A stretch of DNA of 64,000 bases from a virus (Duplodnaviria; Heunggongvirae; Uroviricota; Caudoviricetes). Shown piece by piece: positions 57,026 to 64,000 of the stretch (positions within the stretch are counted from its first letter, which is position 1; every line of letters begins with the position of its first letter). A program made the position numbers and the translations under genes. Under the pieces are notes generated by a model. It worked only from the letters and a program-made list of their open reading frames with translations, ran no database searches and was not told the DNA's origin. The DNA is taken from positions 233,787 to 297,786 of IMG/VR virus record IMGVR_UViG_3300015214_000024; one strand, given 5' to 3'.

Positions 57026-57777
57026 AGAGTCATAATCTCAAAACCATTATTAGTTACAGCTATAGTGTGTTCCCATTGGGCTGCTGGTTCACGATCACAA
57101 GTAACAATAGTCCAACCATCCGGCATTAGTTTAACACGGCCTTTTCCAGTGGTTAAAATTGGTTCAATGGTTAAAAAATCGCCTTCTTGGAAAACGTGAT
57201 TCCAGTCAGGTAACGTTTCATCTATGAAATTTACAACAGAAGGTGCTTGATGGAAAATAGTTCCGATACCGTGCCCGCAAAATTGATCCAAAACTTTCAA
57301 ATTGTATTTCTTGGAAATTTCGTAACCTAAACGGCCAATATCAGCAACAGTAGTACCTGGCTTCAAAATCTCAATCGACCGCATCATTATCTCATAAGTA
57401 ACATCGCTGAGTCGTTTATGCTTAATTGAAGGTTTATCAACAAAGAACATTCTACTCGTATCACCGTGATGACCATCAACGATAACTGTTACGTCGATAT
57501 TCAAACTGTCACCTTTCTTTAACACCTTATCACCAGGTATTCCGTGGCAAACTACGTGATTCACACTTATGCAAGTATGCTTTGGATAAGGCGGCATAGT
57601 ACCCTTACTTGTATATTGATAACAGGCGCTTATTGCACCATTATCGTGTATAAAGTCGTATGCTTTCTGATCTAAAAAGTCAGTGGTTACTCCAGCCTGG
57701 ATGAAATTGGATAAATGATCCAATGTTCGAGCGGCCAAATGTCCTGCAATTCGCATTTTCTCCAATGATGGAGCCAT
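57022..57777 (-). CDS. map: Methionine aminopeptidase type I
   Basis: CISVNHVVCHGIP, NIDVT...GDTSRMF, GHGIG..FH, TIEP, AQWEHT. Confidence 0.96.
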   Translation of the reverse strand: MAPSLEKMRIAGHLAARTLDHLSNFIQAGVTTDFLDQKAYDFIHDNGAISACYQYTSKGTMPPYPKHTCISVNHVVCHGIPGDKVLKKGDSLNIDVTVIVDGHHGDTSRMFFVDKPSIKHKRLSDVTYEIMMRSIEILKPGTTVADIGRLGYEISKKYNLKVLDQFCGHGIGTIFHQAPSVVNFIDETLPDWNHVFQEGDFLTIEPILTTGKGRVKLMPDGWTIVTCDREPAAQWEHTIAVTNNGFEIMTL

Positions 57778-57879
57778 ATTCAATATCCCACATAATGTTA
57801 CGATTAACATTATTAACATACCGCAACAAATAAGTCAATGCAAAAGTGTAGATCTGCACACTTCTGCCAATCTAATATT

Positions 57880-58896
57880 TTAAATTGATTTATTTTGAAT
57901 ATCATATAGTTGTTGGCTGGCTAAATTTTTGTTTTTAGCTTCAACCATAATATCAGCCATTGGTGAAAAAGAAAGAGCCCATTCATTAAGCGCATTGTTC
58001 CAGCATAAATCAGAATGCTTGCGCAATTTGGTTTTTGTGAAACCATTCTCAAATAACATTTTCATATCAGGAAGATCAGTTGCACCAACGTGTTCAATTA
58101 ACATATCGATACTTGAACTAAAGTGTATCTTTGGACGTTGACCTCGCCAAGAACCAAAAATGATATCTAACCGCTTATCGTCAGGCATTATATAATCGCC
58201 ACTATTAATTAGATGGTGATGTATGTCTAATACGATTGAAAATTTGTCGGCTATTTTGATCACATCATCAACACCAAAAGAAAATTCATCATTTTCGACA
58301 GTTAGGAAATTTTTACAAGCCTGACTTAATCGACGGCTATTATTAACGAAACCATCAGTTCCGCCCTCCTTACCACCAACGTGTATATTAATAGCAAAAT
58401 TGTGATCGTGGAATTTACTTCCATCATAGCCCATCATTTCAGCACAATAAGTATGATATTCAAGTTCAATAATAGTCTTATCAACTACATCACTTTTAAT
58501 TGAATTCAAAATACAAAACTGGCCTGGGTGAAAAGAAAGACGGATATTGTGATTTCGAGCGAACGTCCCGCATTCGCCAAGCTTTAAATCAATCATCTTT
58601 TTGATTGATGGCAAGTTGTAAAACCACATAAACTCAGGATGCGTATAAAGTGGTAATAAGTCTGATCCAATTCTCATCATTCTCATACCAACAGGCATCT
58701 GGCTGACGAACAGTAGCATATTACCAAAAGTTCGCAAGTTGTGCTTAAGAAGAGAAATGAGTTTCTTTTCCTGATCAGCGCGACTGTTCCTATTCATAAA
58801 AGCAACAGTTGTGGATTTTAGATTATGATCTTCAATCCATTCTTTTGTTTTAGTAGGATTCATAATTTTACAAGCAAAGCCAATTTTGGCAATCAT
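57880..58896 (-). CDS. uvsE: UV damage endonuclease UvsE/UVDE
   Basis: IGFACK, RLSFHPGQF, NIHVGG, TVENDE, LDIHHH, HSD, MVEAK.K. Confidence 0.92.
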   Translation of the reverse strand: MIAKIGFACKIMNPTKTKEWIEDHNLKSTTVAFMNRNSRADQEKKLISLLKHNLRTFGNMLLFVSQMPVGMRMMRIGSDLLPLYTHPEFMWFYNLPSIKKMIDLKLGECGTFARNHNIRLSFHPGQFCILNSIKSDVVDKTIIELEYHTYCAEMMGYDGSKFHDHNFAINIHVGGKEGGTDGFVNNSRRLSQACKNFLTVENDEFSFGVDDVIKIADKFSIVLDIHHHLINSGDYIMPDDKRLDIIFGSWRGQRPKIHFSSSIDMLIEHVGATDLPDMKMLFENGFTKTKLRKHSDLCWNNALNEWALSFSPMADIMVEAKNKNLASQQLYDIQNKSI

Positions 58897-59600
58897 AATT
58901 TAAATTTGCTCCAAGTGTTTTTATGTTCTAAACATCGATTTAATATAATCCTTAAGGATTCTGGATCATATACAAAACCAAAATGGGTAGTGTCAACCTC
59001 AATATTCTCACTTATGTCAGTTTCAGTCTCTAAGCAATCCTGATATGGTGCAATAATATCAGCTTTGGAATAGAGAGACGAGAATGGGACCACTGGAATT
59101 TCACCCATATAGTTAGTATATTGATCACAAATTGGATGATCATCGATATCAATACCAATTTTTGTATATTTCTTTCGCATTTCTTCAATGTCAATTTTTT
59201 GCTTGAACGGCGTGCCGAGGGTGATAACTGAATTGACTAGTTCTGGCGACATTTTAGCCAGGCAGCGAGCATAAAAGCCTCCCATACTCCATCCAATTAT
59301 AGTAACGGGGGTTTTATGCTCATCATAAATCCTTACTAATTCTTTATGAATAGTATTAATTAATGAATCACTTGCAATAATATTGGTTCCCTGATTCCAA
59401 GTATAGGGCTTGAATCCACAGGAAAGTAAAGCCGATCTTAGCAATAATGTGGCGTGATCATTAGTTAAAAAGCCAGGAATTACTAAAACTGGCCGGCCGT
59501 CAGCCTCTTCCTTGTATGAGAATGATTCTGCCGAGTCGAGCAAAAAATCAGCTATAAAATTAGGAGTCCTCTTTTTCAATAGATTAAAGAATTCGTCCAT
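58893..59600 (-). CDS. Alpha/beta hydrolase (lipase/esterase)
   Basis: PVLVIPGF, GWSMGG nucleophile elbow, D.IA, H.G. Confidence 0.9.
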   Translation of the reverse strand: MDEFFNLLKKRTPNFIADFLLDSAESFSYKEEADGRPVLVIPGFLTNDHATLLLRSALLSCGFKPYTWNQGTNIIASDSLINTIHKELVRIYDEHKTPVTIIGWSMGGFYARCLAKMSPELVNSVITLGTPFKQKIDIEEMRKKYTKIGIDIDDHPICDQYTNYMGEIPVVPFSSLYSKADIIAPYQDCLETETDISENIEVDTTHFGFVYDPESLRIILNRCLEHKNTWSKFKL

Positions 59601-61210
59601 TAAACTTGTATCCTTTCTTCAACCATCTGAATAAATTGGTCTAAACCAACCATTTCAGCAAATGTACCTACTCTGGGCCCTTGTTCTGAACCAAACACGA
59701 TTTCGTAGATGGCCTTGAACCATTCTTGAAGCTTCTCATAATTAGCTGACTTCCCAATTTCGTAAACAATACTTTGAATTGATTCAGCTGTTGGATTATC
59801 CAACGTCCTAAATTCATCGAGCATTGACGATAGTAGGCCATATTCATATTCAGTTGGTGACCGAAATGAAATCGATCCCGAAAGATGATCATTAAAATAA
59901 TTACCAGCTAACGGAATAATTGAACTGACTTGGTTATTGCCACAATATTGCTCAACAATCTTTCCTACTACTTCTGAATCCGTAATACCTGTTGATCCAA
60001 TCAAGTTCAGCAATAGGCTATAAGATACCTCATTATGTGAAGAATTTACATCGCCATTATGCACGTGGTAAACTGGATTACCAAGCTGTTGGCTGGCCGT
60101 CTGAGTCGCATATAGCTTTAAACTGTTATTATAATCATCCATAGCAATAGGAACAACACCAGCGTGAAGATTCTTCGCTCTAGTTGGCTCGCGATACAAA
60201 TAATATGCGAGACTTTCTTGAGTTCCATATTGAAGCCATTCTTCAATAGTGAAACCATTGCCCTTTGACTTTGAAATCTTTGCTCCATTCTTGTCAAGAA
60301 ATAGTTCATAAGTCAAATTAATTGGTGGGATGCCACCAAGAACTCGACAGATTTGTCCTGAAAGACGGACACTGTCAGTCAAATCCTTACCAGACATTTC
60401 ATAATCAACATCAAAATAGACCCAGCGCATTGCCCAGTCGACCTTCCACTGAAGCTTAGTACGGCCGTTGTGGATATCGACAACGCACGGAGTAGATCCG
60501 AGATTGAACTCCAAAAACCTCTTCCCATTTTCTGTTGAGAGAACAACCGGCACTTGGTTAACGTGTGGGGTCTTGTTTAAACTGACCGAATCGTGGAAAA
60601 CTGGCATAAACGGACTATATGTTTGGCGGCGGTCCTCTCCTAAGGTAGGAAGGATGATATCCAAAATAGCCTGATTGCTATCGAATACTCTGTCCAGCAT
60701 ATTGTTAAACTTGCCAAAACTATAATAATCTGAAGAGCTTACAAAACTCACTCGGCTCCGATTCGGCGAAGAGCCAACAACACTATTATTATAAGTAGCC
60801 AGGATGGCATCAACAAATTCTACCAATCGAGTGTTATTTGCATCAGCAAAGCTGCCGTCTTCTGTTCCATAAGGATTTGGGACCATCGATAGAGGCTCAC
60901 CCAAATGGTCATTCATCCATTCAGGCATTCCATCAGGCACCTTGCGGAAACCATCATAATCGTCACTAAACATAATAAGGCGAGTCTGGTAGGCATTCTG
61001 AGTTAGATCATCAAATGCCTTCATTACCCAAAGTGTACGAACTACTTCAGCAAATGTACCAATGTGGGGAGCGCCAGACGGGCCGTAACCTGATTCGAAG
61101 GTCACAACATCACCTGGCTTCTTGCCCTTACGCTCAATGTGCTTTAGAAGCCTCTTGGCCTCGACGAATGGCCAGGCCTTTGACTCTTCATACACTTGAA
61201 CCATATTCAT
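59600..61210 (-). CDS. lysS: Class I lysyl-tRNA synthetase
   Basis: AWPFVEA, GYGPSGAPHIGT, KLQWKVDW, KISKSKGN, GPRVGTF. Confidence 0.95.
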   Translation of the reverse strand: MNMVQVYEESKAWPFVEAKRLLKHIERKGKKPGDVVTFESGYGPSGAPHIGTFAEVVRTLWVMKAFDDLTQNAYQTRLIMFSDDYDGFRKVPDGMPEWMNDHLGEPLSMVPNPYGTEDGSFADANNTRLVEFVDAILATYNNSVVGSSPNRSRVSFVSSSDYYSFGKFNNMLDRVFDSNQAILDIILPTLGEDRRQTYSPFMPVFHDSVSLNKTPHVNQVPVVLSTENGKRFLEFNLGSTPCVVDIHNGRTKLQWKVDWAMRWVYFDVDYEMSGKDLTDSVRLSGQICRVLGGIPPINLTYELFLDKNGAKISKSKGNGFTIEEWLQYGTQESLAYYLYREPTRAKNLHAGVVPIAMDDYNNSLKLYATQTASQQLGNPVYHVHNGDVNSSHNEVSYSLLLNLIGSTGITDSEVVGKIVEQYCGNNQVSSIIPLAGNYFNDHLSGSISFRSPTEYEYGLLSSMLDEFRTLDNPTAESIQSIVYEIGKSANYEKLQEWFKAIYEIVFGSEQGPRVGTFAEMVGLDQFIQMVEERIQV

Positions 61211-63743
61211 TTTCTACGTCCTCGCATCGTTGACACATATCTTTGTCGTTCACCTTAGCATAGTATGTCCTACAACGCAAGCACTTTTCACCATTATAAA
61301 CTTCAAAATGAACCGTTCGGGTTCCGACTTGCTCATTTTTATATTGAGCACAACCTAAAACTTCTTTCCAATCAACAGGGAGCGGAGATTTGAAACATAC
61401 TACCATCTGCTCCATCTGCCATTTTTGTTCGCTACGTTGATCTTCGAAAGCTTTCAATACTTCATCGCGTTCATTTTCGACGAATTCCCAGTACCCTAAA
61501 TTTTCACAGTCTAAATCATTCAAGCAATAGCTTGGATCAAATCCATATTGTGAAACTTCTGCCACCAAAAATGGTGTAGTTGGTTCCATTACATAAAGTA
61601 ACGTTCTGACTAGGCGATCCAACGTGTATAATACTGCCTGCCTGCGATTGCTTCCCTTTGAATCACAATACAAAGAATCTTTGACTTGAGTGAAATAAAA
61701 TTCACTGACCCAGCGCACATATGCCAATGCCTTTCTTACTGTCGGGAAAGTACCACCACATTGACTCTGTACCAATTCTTTAGCTTTATATAATACATAA
61801 CGGTCAACTGGAAGCAGTTCTGCACTTTGATTAACCACTTCGCCATTGAGGTTTGCTAAGCAGAACCTCACCGTGTTACGGACTTTGTCATAATTTGCCT
61901 GTGTTTGCTTGAGCTTTTCTTCATCAAACTCAACATCTGAATCAGCAAACCCGCTCAACAGCCACAGTCTCATAACATCGGCGCCATATTTTTCAAGAAG
62001 ATCTGGTAGCCCGCCACCATTACCAACACTCTTTGACATTTTCTGGCGGCGCTGGAGCACAAATCCGTGAGTGAACACGTTTTTAAAAGGTAATTTGCCA
62101 TAAAGAGCATAATGGACAAGTGCGCTGGACTGGAACCAACCCCGATGCTGATCAGTACCTTCTAAGTACATATCGGCCCGATCTACGTCAGGATATACAG
62201 CTTTTAAACTTGATCCAGAATCAAACCACACATCAAGAACATCCATCACTTTTTGGTATTGGCCGTGATATTTTTCAGGCAAGAAAAAGTCAGCGTCGTG
62301 TTCATACCAAACATCACTACTATGTTCTTTAAACATTTTTACAACATTAGTATTGACCTCAGGATCAACGAGCATTTCTCCAGTTTCATTGTGGAGAAAC
62401 AGGGCCATAGGCACACCCCAAAGACGTTGACGACTTAAACACCATTCAGATCGGTCGCCAAACATAAATTTGAATCGATTAGCATAGCCAGTAGAATTCC
62501 AATTGACTTCGTCAACTTCTTCGAGCAATTTATCCTTGAAAGAATCAAAATTGAAGAACCAATTTTTCTTGGTTTTCACAACTACTGGTTTTTTAGATCG
62601 CCAGGAGACTTGACGTTCCGACACTCGGTGCAACTCATAATAATAAACTAAATCTGGTCGACTTTCGAGGTATTCCTTTACGGCCTGATTTGCTTTATAG
62701 ACGTGGACTTTTACGCCATTGACTTCCATCATAGCGTCATCATCAACCAGCCCTTCAAGATTTAGGTTATACTTTACACCAAGCTTAAAATCGTCAAATC
62801 CGTGTCCAGGTACAACGTGTAAAAAGCCAGACCCAGCGTGTTCATTAACCGAATCATTTTCTTCCAACAGCGGTGACCTACCCCCAAAAGGAGGATTGAC
62901 AAATTTACCTTTTAGTTCATTTGGATCAAAATTTCTAACAAATTCCAAACCAAGCTCTTGGTTGAGCATAAAGCCAGCACTTTCATTCATCACAACATAC
63001 TTGCCAGATGGTGTTTTGCCCATTTTATAGGTTGCATCAGAATTATAAGCTACCGCTTTATTACCAGGCAATGTCCAAGGTGTAGTGGTCCACACTAAAA
63101 CGCTATAATTTTCACCTTCAACTGGAAATTCAACAAATAATGAATCGAGCGGTAAACTTACAGATTCAAGTTCAGCTTCAGCCAATGTAGTCTTTTCTAC
63201 TGGTGACCAATGAACCGGGCGGAATCGCTGTTCCAAAAGGCCACGCTCTTGAAGTCCATAAAGATTCTTCAAAGTTTCAGCTTCGTATTCATAGTCGTGA
63301 GTTTTATAGCATTTATCCCATTCGGCTCTTACACCAAATGATTTAAATTCTTCTTTTTGAACGTCTACCCACGAATCAGCATATGCTCGGCAATCCTTTC
63401 GGAACTGCACCACGTCAGCATCTTTACTCTTTCCAGCTTTAGTGTATTGTTCTTCAACTTTAACTTCGATCGGTAAGCCGTGACAATCCCATCCTGGACG
63501 GAACGATACGGTTTTTCCATTAAAGCGTTCTTGATGACGATTTACAGAATCTTTCAACACTTTGTTCAAAAAGTGTCCAAGGTGTAAATTACCATTTGCA
63601 TAAGGGGGGCCGTCGTGCAACAAAAAATCAAATCCATCAGATTGTGGATGAGTAGTTACTACTTTAGTGAATGTTGTGTCTGACCCAGCCTGCCGTTTAA
63701 GTGGGAAAGAAGTTGATGGTAGAAAAAGATTAAATTTAGACAT
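61188..63743 (-). CDS. ileS: Isoleucyl-tRNA synthetase (type 1)
   Basis: HDGPPYANG.LHLGH, GWDCHGLPIE, WTTTPWT, WCLSRQR.WG, EGTDQHRGWF, KMSKS, C-terminal CxxC...CxxC. Confidence 0.96.
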   Translation of the reverse strand: MSKFNLFLPSTSFPLKRQAGSDTTFTKVVTTHPQSDGFDFLLHDGPPYANGNLHLGHFLNKVLKDSVNRHQERFNGKTVSFRPGWDCHGLPIEVKVEEQYTKAGKSKDADVVQFRKDCRAYADSWVDVQKEEFKSFGVRAEWDKCYKTHDYEYEAETLKNLYGLQERGLLEQRFRPVHWSPVEKTTLAEAELESVSLPLDSLFVEFPVEGENYSVLVWTTTPWTLPGNKAVAYNSDATYKMGKTPSGKYVVMNESAGFMLNQELGLEFVRNFDPNELKGKFVNPPFGGRSPLLEENDSVNEHAGSGFLHVVPGHGFDDFKLGVKYNLNLEGLVDDDAMMEVNGVKVHVYKANQAVKEYLESRPDLVYYYELHRVSERQVSWRSKKPVVVKTKKNWFFNFDSFKDKLLEEVDEVNWNSTGYANRFKFMFGDRSEWCLSRQRLWGVPMALFLHNETGEMLVDPEVNTNVVKMFKEHSSDVWYEHDADFFLPEKYHGQYQKVMDVLDVWFDSGSSLKAVYPDVDRADMYLEGTDQHRGWFQSSALVHYALYGKLPFKNVFTHGFVLQRRQKMSKSVGNGGGLPDLLEKYGADVMRLWLLSGFADSDVEFDEEKLKQTQANYDKVRNTVRFCLANLNGEVVNQSAELLPVDRYVLYKAKELVQSQCGGTFPTVRKALAYVRWVSEFYFTQVKDSLYCDSKGSNRRQAVLYTLDRLVRTLLYVMEPTTPFLVAEVSQYGFDPSYCLNDLDCENLGYWEFVENERDEVLKAFEDQRSEQKWQMEQMVVCFKSPLPVDWKEVLGCAQYKNEQVGTRTVHFEVYNGEKCLRCRTYYAKVNDKDMCQRCEDVENEYGSSV

Positions 63744-63747
63744 TTTA

Positions 63748-63848
63748 AAAACTCCTATTGAATAAAAATCACAAATTAACTTGGACCAGATAACGTATTA
63801 CCTGGCCTTTATAATTCGTATATTTTTAATCAAATTAAGAGTTTTCAT
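63748..63848 (-). promoter_or_regulatory. Ile-rich leader peptide MKTLNLIKNIRIIKAR (63848-63798) with anti-SD pairing to the ileS RBS
   Basis: 4 Ile codons; AAAACTCTTA pairs with TAGGAGTTTT; UACG-capped hairpin at the leader stop. Confidence 0.75.
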
Positions 63849-64000
63849 TCCTGTTCTTCTTTAATAACTTCTTTCAAAGCGAGTTCTACAAATTGATCGA
63901 TTGAAATTCCACGAAGTGCAGCAGCAGCTTCGAGCATTTCCTTAACATCGTCATCAAGTTCCAAAGTTAAAACAACCCTCGGGTCATATTCTTCACCTTT
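63845..64000 (-). CDS. 5'-truncated protein with ribbon-helix-helix-like C-terminus
   Basis: ...VVLTLELDDDVKEMLEAAAALRGISIDQFVELALKE... Confidence 0.55.
   Translation of the reverse strand, partial: KGEEYDPRVVLTLELDDDVKEMLEAAAALRGISIDQFVELALKEVIKEEQE

Noticed and set aside
1-64000. Stop-codon reassignment
   Set aside because: Long conserved genes are intact in code 11, and TAG/TGA end genes at sensible positions; no suppressor tRNA seen
1-64000. CRISPR array, rRNA, integrase or IS transposase
   Set aside because: No regularly spaced direct repeats or recognisable motifs seen

Overview
AT-rich, gene-dense 64 kb segment of a large (jumbo-type) tailed phage, standard genetic code. The host is probably alphaproteobacterial, judged from the class I LysRS, short GluRS and a Sphingomonas-like outer-membrane beta-barrel. 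Genes run mostly on + up to ~46.4 kb and on - afterwards. Sigma70-like TTGACA-N17-TANNNT promoters precede most genes, and T4-like TATAAATA motifs precede putative late genes. The window is rich in translation functions: IleRS, LysRS-I, GluRS, a GlyRS-like catalytic domain, MetAP, two PTH2-fold proteins and tRNAs. It also encodes GreA, ClpP, UvrD, UvsE, QueD, GroES, NADAR, a PurA-like enzyme, SPFH and six free-standing antisense endonuclease genes. The most striking features are not in the ORF track. (1) Several leader mini-ORFs overlap hairpins that bury the downstream Shine-Dalgarno: an Ile-rich leader before ileS, and a Met-Met-amber-NYSPP-ochre leader before a PTH2-fold/HD gene pair. (2) Several tRNA-shaped RNAs have an intact elbow but a destroyed anticodon arm, and one is a circularly permuted Y-RNA-like element. 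(3) Many unidentified, terminally closed structured RNAs lie in intergenic regions. (4) About 18 small proteins share only a C-terminal motif. All protein calls come from motif recognition by eye; no searches or folding programs were run.
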